Origin: Marsupella aquatica
Taxonomy: Eukaryota > Plantae > Marchantiophyta
Length of the DNA stretch: 64,000 nucleotides
Direction of reading: 5' to 3'
Assembly (NCBI GenBank): GCA_973895155.1
Contig: OZ316893.1
Location: 1,612,860-1,676,859, forward strand
Part shown: piece by piece, positions 38,038-51,040 of the stretch
How positions within the stretch are numbered: position 1 is the stretch's first letter
Layout of the letters: each line of letters opens with the position of its first letter
Position numbers and translations under genes: made by a program
Notes under the pieces: generated by a model
What the model was told of the DNA's origin: nothing
Database searches by the model: none
The model's input: only the letters and a program-made list of their open reading frames with translations

Positions 38038-39423
38038 CTATAGGCTTGTGTACTTTGCTCCAGCTCTCCTCTTGGTTCGACTTTGATACATAATCACTCC
38101 GACAAATATGGCAGCACCACAAATTGTCACTGTTACCAGCCACATCCTCATACTAGTGCTCTGTCCCGGTGGAGCTGATCCGTCAGTATTAATGCCCAGT
38201 GGAAGTCGCTCGTCAGTACTAATGCTCTGTCCCGATGGAGGTGGTCCGTCAGCAATGAGTAGCAGCAGCAGGCCCATGACGCCCGTGTGTATTTCATTGT
38301 TGTCATACACAGTCCTCAAGCTCAGCTTCTCCCAAGGTTTTATGTAGATCGATTTGGGGTCCGGATAGCAAGAAGTCATGCCCACTATGAAACCCTTCTC
38401 GTTGCCTGCTTCATTCCCTTCGCCATAAATTGGATGTGACACGCAGATGTCATCTCCGTTCTCGAGGGAGATCGAAGCAACCTGGCCACCAGCGTGCATA
38501 TGAGCAGAGGAAACCACCACATAGCCACCCTGAGGCAAGAAAGCCACCGCTTCCTGGGTATGTTTGCATTCCGCGGCTCCATCAGCACACTTGGGCACGG
38601 TATACTCCACCAAGCACTGGGCAGAATCGTTCCAGGCCTTCCGCTGATCGGTCACGTCCAAGAGGTAGACCCTCACAGGGACGACAGCCGGTGAGAAATC
38701 CACATACTTGACGACGAACTCCAAGAACAGCTCCCTCGGAGCGGCGTTGAATCCCTCCTGGAGAGGGCAGCTGGTCTGATCGTGGCAGCAGAAGATCCCG
38801 CCCACGTAACCCGGTGGCAAAGGCCGGCCATACCCGTCCACGGTAACGTTGTAGACGTCACAGAGGCACTCCGCGCATCCCTTTGAGTCCTCCACGCCCC
38901 GAGTGTCGATGGCATGCACGTTAAGGTACCATTCCTCCTCCAGCCCTTCGGGTACATCCTCCGGATTGCCCAACACTATGCCATACGGGACCGGCACGGT
39001 CGTGTTCGTCTTCCGGAACTCCGACCCCAGCCCGAAGAATTGCACGAGGAGCGGATTGCAAACACCTTCGTTGGGGACTGGAGTAGTCATGAAGTTCACC
39101 GGTACCGTCGACTTCGGGTCAAGGTGGTACTTGAGCAATACCCAGTGATGGAGATATGTCTCCGAGAGCGGGACAGCGGTGCCGTCCGAGGTAACCAGAT
39201 TCATGTCCAAGCTGCGGACGGCGATGTGTCCCTTTGGCATTTCCACCTTGAGATACCTGTCGATCACGCCCCCAGGACCGAGAGTAAAGCTCGGCGATCT
39301 GAATATCGACGTATGCACCTCCTCCCCCCTGGCTCCATAGAAATTGATCATACTACACGCCACGATCATGACGCAGAGCACCAGCCTCGGCTGCAGAGCC
39401 CACCGTGCTCTCGCCATCGTCAT
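38038..39423 (-). CDS. Stress up-regulated Nod19 (SURNod19) family protein, intronless, predicted type I membrane protein
   Basis: Single ORF with first ATG at 39423 (MTMARARW...). Hydrophobic signal, F.SP.FTLGPG.V, PKGHIA, VPLSETYLHHW, QFFGLGSE.RKT...VP.PYGIV.GNP, LNVHAIDTRG...GCAEC.C..YNVT, Y.GG..CC.D, AHMHAGG, GNEKGFIVGMTSCYP, HTGVMGL, a C-terminal TM helix and a basic tail. Confidence 0.93.
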   Translation of the reverse strand: MTMARARWALQPRLVLCVMIVACSMINFYGARGEEVHTSIFRSPSFTLGPGGVIDRYLKVEMPKGHIAVRSLDMNLVTSDGTAVPLSETYLHHWVLLKYHLDPKSTVPVNFMTTPVPNEGVCNPLLVQFFGLGSEFRKTNTTVPVPYGIVLGNPEDVPEGLEEEWYLNVHAIDTRGVEDSKGCAECLCDVYNVTVDGYGRPLPPGYVGGIFCCHDQTSCPLQEGFNAAPRELFLEFVVKYVDFSPAVVPVRVYLLDVTDQRKAWNDSAQCLVEYTVPKCADGAAECKHTQEAVAFLPQGGYVVVSSAHMHAGGQVASISLENGDDICVSHPIYGEGNEAGNEKGFIVGMTSCYPDPKSIYIKPWEKLSLRTVYDNNEIHTGVMGLLLLLIADGPPPSGQSISTDERLPLGINTDGSAPPGQSTSMRMWLVTVTICGAAIFVGVIMYQSRTKRRAGAKYTSL

Positions 39424-40964
39424 GATAATCTTCCGTCTCTGCTTTCCTTCTACTACCTGGTACTCGGAGATAGCTCTACCAAATTTCAAAAATCCCCGCT
39501 CGATCGCCGAGATCTCCTTCGAATTCCACCACTCCCTTCGACTCGCTCTCCCCTGTTTCCAACATCAGATGAATGGCTACTCCAAAGCTGCTTGCACCGA
39601 GGCGCTCTTCCTCTTCTTCCACGTCCGCCTCCTCCTGCCGAAAGACAATTCGACCGAGGAACTTGAAATACCTGCCCTGACGACTGTTCCGACCTGCTCC
39701 AAGATAGGGAAAGAGTACTCTGGCACTCACCGTGAAATCCAATTCGGCCACAGGTGGCTTACGGTCGAGGCGACCGCCGAGAGAGGGAGAAGCTTCGAAA
39801 GGACCCGCAGTTGACCGGTAGATGCCGTGCGTGAGCGAGGAGACGGGCAATCGCGGCACGACCAGCTGCAGCTCCGTTGTTCTGACGAGTCACGGGCCCA
39901 CAGCCCGAGAACGCGGTACCACAGAAAGTCAAATGCAGCAGCTAACACTAGAAAGGAACGACGACGAAGGGCAGGAGCAGCAGCAGCAAGAAGAGCGCAG
40001 CGCAACAATGTGGATGGGTGGGAGCCATGAGCCCATGAGCCCAGAAAGCTCTCGTCAGTGCCCCCCAAAAACGTGAAATTCGTGAGGTTTCTCCACCGAT
40101 CGACACTTCAGACACGCCCTTCTTTTCTGGCAGAAATGGCGGCGATGACATCCAACTCGAGTCGAGCAAGTTGCTTCTTCTTCACCTTCCCAATTCGCTG
40201 CACCGATTGACAACATTATTCCCATTGCAACGCATGCCAGGGCATCCGCGTCCCTCACCAGACCTCTCTTCTGCGCCCTCAGCCCGATCTTTTTCGGCCA
40301 TCGCCATAGTGAATTGGTGTCACCGACGAATTTCTTCCAGTGAATGCTGCTTTGAAAATTGTGGCAAAGGGGGCCAGTGGAATGTTTCTTCTGCCAGGTT
40401 TTCTGCTCCAGTGGTCTTCGCTCAATGTACAAAATTTTCTCAGTGGGCCCCAATGTTTGACTCTTTCTTTGCTCAGAGGTAAAGTGCTGCATTCATTCAT
40501 TCAAATGGGGCAGAAAAAGAATGTTTTCTCTGCTGTTTTTGTGAATGGAATGCACGGAAATCATTCAGGCCCCACAAAGAGAAACGGAATTCTGACTCCA
40601 AAACCAGGGCCAGCAGAAACTAGTTTTACTGCGCTGTTGCCAGTGCTCAATGCCCACATTGCTATTCTATGCTAATCAATCAAGTTTCGGATGGTTTCTC
40701 GTACAGGGGGCTGCATGATGGATATTACTGACCACATCGGACTCAGAGAAATCAGAAATCATTTGCTTACTTCGTGATTCGCTGACATCAGCTGAATGGC
40801 AAACATCTGAATTGGGATCCGAGTTTCAATCTTCCATAGCTTTGTGACGGCGAGAAGCCCGAGATTCAGTGGACTGTTCATTAATTGAATGAGATGTGAT
40901 TTGAATGTCGACCAAACTGGCTTGAGAGACAAAACAAAACAAAACAAAATCAGAAACAGAAACA

Positions 40965-41636
40965 GAGGAAATGTGTGCACAGTCGTGTTTGAGAGTCCTT
41001 GTGGACACTTTCACCCAATGATTAAAAATGTGTGCAAAGTAGTGTTTGAGAGTCCTTCTGGACACTTCTACCCAATAATTAGTAATTAATAGTAATAATG
41101 TGACACATAGCATAAAGGTGGTACTTCCCAAGAATTGGGGACTGTTTTGGGGAAAGTAAATTCCATTTTTATATGGAGTGGTGAGAGTGCTGGTCTCTCG
41201 TAGGCCCTTGGTTGGTTTGTTTTGGGGGCAGGGTCTAACCCTCTCTTCCTCTTGGTATGGTTCTTGAGTATAATTCCCATGTAGAGTCCTTCTGGGCACT
41301 TCTACCCAATAATTAATAATAATGACATGACACATAGCATATAAAAAATGGTACTTCCCAAGACTAGTGGGCTGTTTTGGGGAAAGTAAAATCCATTTTT
41401 ACATGGAGTTGTGAGAGACTGAGAGTGCTGGATCTCTTCGGCCCCCTTGGTTGGAGTGTTTTGGGGCACGGGCTTCACCCTCTCTCCCTATTGGTACGGA
41501 TGTGTAGGCTCTTGAATATAATCCGCATGTGGCTACCCTAAGCAGGTGGTACCCTGTGGGGTCTTGGTTTAACCATTTCTCCCTCCTGATACTGGTGTGT
41601 AAGTTCCTGAGTATAGTTCCCATGTGGCTACCCTAA
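40965..41636. repeat. Internally duplicated repeat cluster (TE-derived)
   Basis: AGAGTCCTT.TGG.CACTT..ACCCAAT x3, a ~200-bp block starting TGACACATAGCAT x2, and CATGTGGCTACCCTAAG x2. Related sequence lies near 54500-54890. Confidence 0.8.
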
Positions 41637-41998
41637 GAGCATCTCCAGGGGTTAATGGGTTGGTCTACTTTAATGCTATGTTCACCAACCCAGTAAAGCT
41701 CAACAAAAAAAGGCAACCCCAATGGGTTACTCTGACCGTACTGGACTTTTTGGTTATTGGATCTATATATGAGCTACTGTATAGCGCATTGATTGAATAT
41801 AGGATTCATTCATGGGTTCTCCAAGATCAAATGATTAGCATCCAAGGGTGTATATGTCAGGAGATACTAAAAAACCCAGTAACCATTGGGCTTGATTTTT
41901 GACATATTGCTATGTACAACAACCTAAAAAGACAACATTTTTATGTTATATTTAATGTATAGGGTGTAAGCAAATGGCCTACACCCTTGGAGATGCTC
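41637..41998. mobile_element. PIF/Harbinger Tourist-type MITE
   Basis: TAA|GAGCATCTCCAGGGGT ... ACCCTTGGAGATGCTC|TAA: canonical GAGCATCTCCA TIRs with a 3-bp TAA TSD, 362 bp long. Confidence 0.92.
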
Positions 41999-43248
41999 TA
42001 AGGAAGTGCAATCCCGAAAGTAGATTTTCTGTCCTCTCGTCAATGGGGCTGCTTCAGGTTTTGGAGGCAAAAGAAATCTATCGAGGGTGTTCGACAATTC
42101 CCAGTCTGTCCTCTAGATTATTTTAAATCAAAAAACTAACTTAATTTAGAGAGTACTCAGGGGCTTAAATCTCCACTGTCCCCACAGCTGTGGGAGGACA
42201 AAATAGCCACTTTATGCCCACTCTTTAACTTTGTGAACAACATTATTGACTGATTATGGTGACCTGTATATACACCAGGTTTTGAAAATGGACAAGTGGC
42301 TGTTTGAAGGAACCCACTCTAGTGCTCCAGGAGTCAGGCATCTCCCAAAAGCACCTCAAGCTAAAGCGTTGGGGCTTTATTTGGGAGATTGCCCTCCTCC
42401 CAGGGCTTTTACCTTACACTTGTTAGCCCTACCCTAAAAAAATTGTTTTTATATGAGAGATTGTGGGTTGTAACCCCTTGGCCAGCCTGGCTGACGGTGT
42501 TCCCATGATTTCAATACAGCTATTTAGAGTGGCCTTACATGAGGATAGCCCTAGGGGCATTCCTGTTTTTCCTCATAAAGACCACATCTGAAAATTTTAT
42601 TAGAATGAAGTGATTTGACTTTAACATGAGAAAGGGCCATTTAAGGGGGCTGACCCAATGATGGGAGAAACACAAGGGGAAAAACCCCAGGAAGATCAAA
42701 GAGCCAATTGAGCCCCTAGAAAGGTGCAATACTACTGGGCAGCAAACTGAAAAGCCTGATCTATCTCTGGAGTAAATTGTACAGGAGGTCACAATGAGCA
42801 ATAAGTCTAGAGACCCTAGAACCAATAGCCTTGGCCCTACAAGGAATAGTGCATGCCTGAGCTGTTTCACCGTGTAACATCTGGACCATGTTTGGAATGA
42901 TTTGGATGGCCCTAGATTAGGTCTAGGAAGAAACTGAATTAGGTGGGGGCCATCCTTATTTTGTACAAAAAATGGTGTTTTTTTTTTCTATTTCCCATTG
43001 GAAATGATTGTCAGTTAGGATAAATCACATGACATCAAGAAATATTGGTAGGAAAATATAAGAGAAGTAGCTTGTCATAATTAGAGTTACTATGCATACC
43101 TTAGAGTGCCTCAAAACATCGAGCGTGAGTTACAACCTGTCCATAGATCTGTCTTGTAACCATGGATCATAGGCATTCTCAAGGGACCACCTCCTCACAT
43201 GGACTTCCCCAGAAGGCCAAAACTCTGGCCATAACAGAAAGGCAAAGT

Positions 43249-43271
43249 GGGGGGGGGGGGGGGGGGGGGGG
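43249..43271. repeat. G23 homopolymer
   Basis: Uninterrupted run of G. Confidence 0.9.
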
Positions 43272-45801
43272 AGCATTGGCGGGGCCGTGACGTTTAAGGG
43301 GGCTTTACAAAAATGTGGAGGCTGGTTTTTTTGCTATGTCTGAAATGCAATGGTAGCCATTCAAATGTGGGAAGAGTCCAAGCCCCCCAGTTACCTGCTA
43401 GTGGGTCCCTTTTCCTGCTGGGCCGTGCTTTTCCATCAAAGAAAGGATCCCTTGGTTGATTTTTACGAAGTATCTTGCATTATTTTCTCGGGTATTTCCT
43501 TCCCAAGACCTGACACATTTTTGGCTCATGCAGTTTAACTGGCATATGCAATGGACCTTACTCACTTTTGGCTCATGCAGTTTTCAACTTTGGCATATGC
43601 AATGGACGTTACTCACTTTTGTAATGGGGTGAAAGTGATGCTTTGTGCCCCCAGATCTTGTAAAGCCATGACATGAACCCAACCTCGTCCATGAACATCC
43701 TATGGTGAAGATCAAATATACCACATACGATTTCTGTTTTTGGGCTGAGTTCACTTTAAAAGCAGCACAATCTACTGTAGTTTGGAAATTCCCTACCCTA
43801 CACGAAAGCAAGTGGGGCTAACGGAAATCCTATGTGGTATGCCACTCGGTTGTGTTTATAAAGTACCTCCAAGGGTAGTTTTGTGAGAGTACATCCTTGT
43901 TTCAACTACAGGTGTCACCGTAGAAGGGGCCCTGCCACAAAAACCAGGACGGTTCACTTGCCTCATGTGAACAGTATACCTACCCTGGAGGCTCTCCCTG
44001 TCTCCCATCATCGGACCCTCTACCTACAAAGGACTAATATGATATTTTTTAGAAGCCTTTATTTTGTGGACTGAAGATCTCACGAAAAACTAAGTTTTGG
44101 TCATAGATCTTGCTATGGTGAACTGTCAGATCACACCAAGGGCATTCTTGCATGTGAGGGCCAGTCCTGACTGCTATATTTGAGGAGTCTAAAGAGCAAG
44201 GACCAGAAAGTTTCCTTCCCTTGTCTTCCCGACCTATGAAGGACAGAAAAAGACAAAAAGACAGGACAAACAAACAAACACTATTCACTGCCCTCATTAT
44301 GTGCACATTTGAGATCTCACTTTTTAAGGACAATTTTGGGCTGGTATGGGCTGCCTTTTTGACAACCCTAATACAAAGGAAATCCTGATACTTGGAAATT
44401 ACCCAAAATGCTATATGCTCTTTTGCATAAATGATTGTATTGTATGTGAGATGACTCCGCAGAGGCTTGTCTCCCTACAAGACCTTCCTGTCCCACTTGC
44501 TGAATTAGTTAGGACATTGGATGTGTACAATTAGCTCTTGCCACATTTCCAATGTGGACACCAGTACTTGAGTTTGCACTCATGTAGTGTTTGACACTTT
44601 TCCCTTTTCTCTTCTTCCTTTTTTAGGGTTGCACTTGCTTTTCTTTTTCCTTGTTTGGTGTTTGTCTTCTTTGGATCTCTTTTTCTTTCCTTTCACTGTA
44701 CTTTGTTTTTTCCTGATTTATTGATTTTGGTGGGAACTTAAATTTTTTACTGGTTACCCTGAATACTTTGCACATTGTACAACATATGTTATATTTTGAT
44801 ATGCAATTACCGGAGGCAAGTACTTTATATGGGAACTTGCAATTTAAGAGAGAAGTGGGACCCTGAGTAGTTACATGGGAACTTGTGGTTTGAGAGATAG
44901 CTATGAACTTGTAATAACTCTTGGTTTGGATTCTATAATTAGGTGGCACATTAGTCTGGGCAGTTTGGTTTGGTTCTCCTTTCGTTGGCTTGGAAGGCTG
45001 GGCTAATTTAAAGTGACAATTAAATACTTGTGAGAATGAGCCTCTTTCGCCTAGTTTTAGTTTTCTTTTGGTTTGATTTTTGAAGGCTGGATTTCTGTAA
45101 AGTGCCCCTTTAAACACTTTGTGAGTATGAGTCTCTTTTCCCCTGATTTTGGTGTGATTTTCGAGGGCTGGATTTATGTAAAGCGCCTCTTCAAATACTT
45201 GTGAGGACGAGTCTCAGACAAGAGGGGAAGGGGGAGACACCCACAAATACGGAATGAGTCGCAGGACGATTGTTGGTCCGAAGTCGTTGCTTTTTTTATC
45301 ACTTATATGGATCACATGATGTCTAAATGGAACAAACTTGGCCTTCCTGACAGAGGATTGGAGCGTTCGATCTATTTTCTCGGCAAAGACAGAGGTCAGT
45401 GAAGCCAGTTTGCTTTGGTATGGCTGAAGGATTGGAGCGCAGTTTTCAAGATTGCGAAACTGAAATGTAGTAACGTTTTCTGCTCAAGGCAGTGTAAATC
45501 GTCAACACTAGTGACATTTTGCTGGCTCTGGTATAGTGAGTGTCCTTCAAGTGGAACACGAGTGGACTTGATCACAGACCTCAGCTGCCATCCGGTTTTT
45601 ACTACAGAAAACATTTGGAGCTTGACATTTCACAATGGACACGGGTGGCCGTGCCCGTGAACTTCACAGTCAAAATCCAGGTACAAATGCAGCAAAGAGA
45701 TACTACTTATCTCTAAGGAGACTCCTCACAGAGCCGTCTGCACCCGTCCTCGTGCAGAAACACTGAGACTGCGCTTCTCCTAATTCATGGATTCACAATG
45801 T

Positions 45802-48775
45802 CTAAACCAGATTCGCCTCCTGAGTGTCCTGCGGTACCACATTGTCAGCAGGGTCACCTCCATTCCTCTGTGCCCACCACTCTGAATACGATAGGGCTTT
45901 GGGCTCATTTTGGAATGCCGCCAGATCTTCAGACGGGCCTTCCCGAGGATCGATGGAATCGAGAGGTTCCTCATTGACCGCAGGTAGTAATTGTGTGCCC
46001 TCGTCAGCAGTGTTTGGTAGTGTAAATGGACACCTCCTCGAGTTGTGACCAGGTTTCTTGCAGCAACTGCATTTTTGATTTTGCTTCCTTACCCTTGCAT
46101 CATTCTCTAGAAGGAGATTGTCTCTGCCACTGGGCAAACGTTTCTTCCGATGTTGCTGCTTCTTCTTTAGATCAGGATCAATGTGGGGTTCACCACAACT
46201 TTTGTCCCTGTCCAGCCGATCAATGGAAATCGGGGCAACTGGAATAGAGTATGTCTGTTTGTAATTTGATGCCAGCCAATACCTGTCTGCATGCTGTCGA
46301 ACATCACGTCCCTTGTCACGCTCAAAGGTAACCAAGTGTGCACATGGAAACTGCATTTCCTGCCAGTCCATACAATCACAGTGTTTCTGTGTAACCCTTA
46401 AAGCATAGCTCCCGTTTCTGTCAACCATGAGGGCCTGGTCTAAAGAAGAAGTTCGCTCCTTTACTAAGTTGCTCTCGATAGTTAGTTTGCTTAGCATGTC
46501 GTTTGCAAAGTTAGTGAGGGACAATTCTTCCGAGGGCAAACCATCTCCATGTTGTTTTCTCTTGAAATGAGTTTCCATACAATACAACCACATCTCGTGG
46601 CACAGCAACAATGCCGGAAGCTTTCTATTTGGTCTGATTGCGGCATTGACAACTTCCATCACATTTGATGAAGCGTGGCCATAACGTGGCGAAGGGAAAG
46701 CATATCGTGCATATAACGGGGGATCCAGTTTCCTTATGTAGGGGACCAGGGCTGACTGCCTCTCTGATTGCGGCTCAAACTCGTTGAGAAGCTCTTCAAA
46801 CTCAACTCGGGTCTTTGCTGCAACAACCTGCGCCGAGGATGCAAGGGAAAACTTGAGCCAAAGAGATGGCAGTCGAGAAAAGCACCTACGACACAATGCG
46901 CACCACCAACATAGCAGACGTCCCAAAGATAAGTCCTGTTACAAGTCATTCAAAATTCTACGACTGAAGCCAGATCATTATAACAAGATTAGACCAGATA
47001 AATACCTTCTCAAAATATGCCACACAATCCAGATCAGTAATTGCTTTGAGTTGGGCCTTGATATGCTGCACACAATATGAATGGTGATGGCCTGGAAACA
47101 CTTCAGCAACTGCTGTCTTTAACCCTTTATCCCTATCGCTTATGAAGATACTGCCACACTCAGGCATGGAAGGATAACACGCTCTCAGTTCCTTCAGAAA
47201 CCAGGACCAATTTTCACTGTTTTCAATAGGAACAATGGCCCATGAAAGGGTGACAATGTTGTTCTCTCCATCATGACATGTAGCCAACAAGGCAATCATA
47301 GGGTAATCTCCACTTGTGTGAGTACCATCAAGACCCACTATAGGTCTACAGAACTGAAACGCATGCTGAGAAGACGAAGGAGCAATAAAAATCCTTTCAA
47401 ATTTCTGAATATCAGATACATGCCATGTAACATGTACTCCGGGATCGGCTTGTCGCAACCTAGAGGTATATGCAGGAATTTGAGAGAACGATTCTTTATG
47501 TCCACCCCCTAACTTCTCTCGACATGCCATTCTTGCACGCTGGACGCTCCATTGTTTTGAATCTGCCATGTGGTACTCACGCAAATCTTGCTGCAATTGT
47601 TCAATGGTGGTATCTCTGTTGACCTTGACAATCCGCATGACCTTTCTCGCCACCCACCTTGCTCTATTGCGTCCATTCCTCCACTTGTGAATCTCTTGTA
47701 TACATGTATGAATAAGATAGACTCTTCTGATGGTAATAAGACCTGTTTTCTTCATTAATCTTGCACACAACTCCATCTTGCAAGCATCCGGATGATCCTT
47801 GGACCAACCGCGACATCTCCCTGTAAATACCGTCTTACTCCGGTAAATGCGTCTTACAACAGTTCCAGAAGAGGCCTCGTACTCATCAAGGGCGTTATCA
47901 AACTCTTGCCAGCTATGGAACTTCCGACCCTTCAATAATCTACTTTCCGCGGTAGTGGGTTCCTGACCAGGCCCAAAACCTGCCACAAGCACAACGTAAA
48001 ATTCCAGTCCTGTTATTATACGGCATATCCACAAGCAAAATTATCGTCATGCGAGAAGGCAATTTCATCGAACCCCCGCAGTAGACAGCCTACCAGTAAA
48101 ATGACAATTCGATGGCCCACAGGACTATCCATTACAATGGACAAGGTTTAGCGTGGCACGTCTTCTGAAAGCAGAAACTTCAACATGATCCTGTGCCGAT
48201 TGGAGCACAGCAGTGTCTTGCAGGTATGAGGAAAATCACCGCAATGGATACCTAGCCAACGTTAGCCAATGCACTGTCGAAAGAAAAAATGAGGAATTGC
48301 ATGCCGTTTACTGTTGTGCCATTTCTAAATTACACTAGGCTTCTTAGTTTTGATTGCTTCTTGCCTGATTCTGCAACCAGTGCCGATGATTCATCTTCAT
48401 CAGTGGAGTACCCTTCATAGCCAACATTTGCCAACGCAGTATCGTCAAAATCCTCCACACCATCACTCATCGGATTGCCAACTTCCTGCATCTCATTTAT
48501 AGGGATCGCAGTCTGGTCCGGGATGGCAAGAGCGGATGCAATTCCATGCTGACCTGCAAGTTGGTACCTCCGGTTGATCAGTATTTTCTTCTTAAGACCG
48601 GTTCAAACTCGTACTGGTGTCTTACTGACCCTTCTACCTACACTGAAGAACTCTGGTATTCATCTCAAGTAGAACTGTCCGAACACTTCGGAGACCTCTT
48701 GTCCTGGACGATTCTCCGACACCAAAATTACAGCATCTCACCTTCATGGCTCCCTTTTGGCGATGCTGTACTCAT
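45802..48775 (-). CDS. Mutator (MuDR/MULE) DDE transposase, about 740 aa, 4 exons
   Basis: Model 48775-48742, 48553-48365 (GC donor), 47979-47006, 46827-45802 totals 2223 nt in frame. WRKY/GCM1-like C..C..HTC region, catalytic LDGTH, ISDRDKGL, CVQH and SNVMEVVNA, SWIM finger CDC...FPCAH, and zinc knuckle CSCCKKPGHNSRRC. The two 5' exons are lower confidence than the two large ones. Confidence 0.9.
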
Positions 48776-51040
48776 ATTGGTAAATGTAGCTTCGTGTGAC
48801 AGTCACATTTCACTCGCCATTCCTGCTCCTCACAATACTCAGTTTCACCAACACCCGGCCAGGTATCGAACGACACTTCCAATCTCAGCCAAGTCAAAAT
48901 CTATGTTGTCCCACCAAATGAACGGAGAAAAATTCCTTGACGTGTCCATGGATGAGCCAAACTCTTGCCCAAATTAGCCAAATAAGGAATTGGTCTAAAG
49001 GCATCGGTGTTGACTGCTCTAAAAGTCAGTCACCTTTATCCGTCATTCTAGCGGATACCCCACCCAGTCCACGTACTAACCAGCGAAGGAAGCCTCCCAC
49101 AAGTCGCATAGCTCAATTGTAGCTTCGAGCATGGTTCGACATTCCTGACAGCATCCAGAAGGAGGGACTTAGTATCGCAACTGAAGCAAAAAATTAGATG
49201 GACATCAATTTCCCATGTTGTTTCTGCACGAGAATACGATGTCGGCAACATTCTTGCTGGATTGCATTTTTGCTATATTCGACATAACGATCCTAAAGAA
49301 TACAGAATAGTGGTCATTTTGTGAAAATCCACAAAATGAAATTCAATTTATTCATATAAGTGTGGTGGACAGAATACATGCCATGGTTTATGAATAGAAC
49401 AGACAGCAGCTATGCTACTTTTCTGCCTACACTCCAGGAAATCACTTGGAAAGCGGCAGACCCGCAGGTTCAAGCATCAGGGCAGCAGTTATAACGCTTT
49501 TCCTTCAAGCCCTAGCTTTCAAGAAACGACAATCCACAATCCTACGCGATTCTTCAACGTTTGGTTCAATTCTTCTTATGGTGGAGCAACACGGCGGTCT
49601 AGAGAAAGTTCTTAGATTCGGAGGCAACTCCTACAACAGAATGCTAACAAACCAGACAAACAGAAGCAGTCGAGCACCAAAAATCCAGCATGGTGAATCC
49701 TAACGTGGATACAAACAAGGTACATAATTTGAGATGACAGAGAAGGAAATCTCATGGGGAGCATCAAGACGGCGTCAACAGCAGGAACAACCTCCCACGT
49801 TAGACATCTCTTCGCATGTTATTCACGTCTGAACATTGCAATACTGACAAATCCTACACAAAAGCCCACTTCTCCCGTAGCAGGTTTTGAAACAGCATCA
49901 CTTACTTAATTATTTCATTCTATTTGTTATCATACCAAATTCACCCCGTTCACATTAGCACAAGATAGCATGAGGAAGTCATTGTTAGAAACTAAATTCC
50001 GTCAATTTCTATTTCACTGTATGGTTTCGATTTTGCACGCAGAACCGCAGCCTTCTACAGAAACACAACGATTCTCTACTTAATAGATCTCCACAAATTG
50101 ATGCTTCATCGATCAATTCTCCATTCATATGTCTTCACTTGATACAGCTCGCTCTAATCAAAATCTCTTCGGCTGGTCCATCATTGAGCTCCCGGATCCG
50201 GCTTTACTTCATCAAAAGGCCTCTAATAGACAACTCTCGAAATCTTACCATCCACCGAGGTTCGAGATCTTTTCCTCAAGATTCATCCAGCCGCAGGCGT
50301 CGAGTACTCTGCATCGTTAATTAAGGAGTACCTATCGTCAACATCTTTCAGCAGTTTGCCTCGCTACTAACCTTGCAGCAGCAATCTTCGGTTCATTTTC
50401 CAGTTTTCAGCAAAAGACCAAGCCAGGACAAACCTGAAGTGCTCGCATGTATCATTCCCAAGACACCTTCGCCTTTACTATCATGATCCACGACAAACAA
50501 AGCAATTTACTCCGCCTGTCGCAAGTACTGTACTCAGAAGTACTTCACTGTGTTTATGTCATTGAACTTTGTTCTCATGGCCAGCCAAATTGGCTTTCTA
50601 CTTCAAATCGTTGGGATCCTTATGGAAATTAAGTAAGTTGGCAAATTCCCTTGACACAATTTCTGTTCCTTTAAGTCACGAACCGAACAGCAAACCTTGA
50701 AGTGCAAAGATGCCCTTAATTAATGCACTCAATCCTGGGTTCCTAGCTGCAAGGCGGTAAACTACAATGCAGACCAAAAACACATGGAATGACTACTATC
50801 AATAGTCCCGTTATTTAAAAAACAGCCCATATGGTTCTGAGGAAAAAATGAGCCCATGACCAATTGAGCCAAGCCAAACCTCTCAGAGTCTAGACACGAA
50901 AATAGAAGAGCCAACCCCGACACCACTCAACGCACTCCGGAATCCAGACCGGGGAGAAATTAGGGTCAAGAAAGAGGGACCACACCCTCAAATGTTAAGC
51001 TCCCCCCTCCCCCCGCAAAACAGAAAAATACAGACAGTCC

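Noticed and set aside
39424-39489. N-terminal extension of SURNod19 in the ORF track
   Set aside because: It begins at a non-ATG codon. The first ATG at 39423 directly precedes the signal peptide.
38914-39666. 250-aa plus-strand ORF and other overlapping ORFs
   Set aside because: Antisense shadows of the GC-rich SURNod19 CDS.
45715-45778. Weak inverted similarity to 51835-51880 as possible MULE TIRs
   Set aside because: Only short patches match (ACTCCTCA, GCAGAA, GACTGCG) with gaps, no TSD is present, and it lies almost on top of the stop codon.
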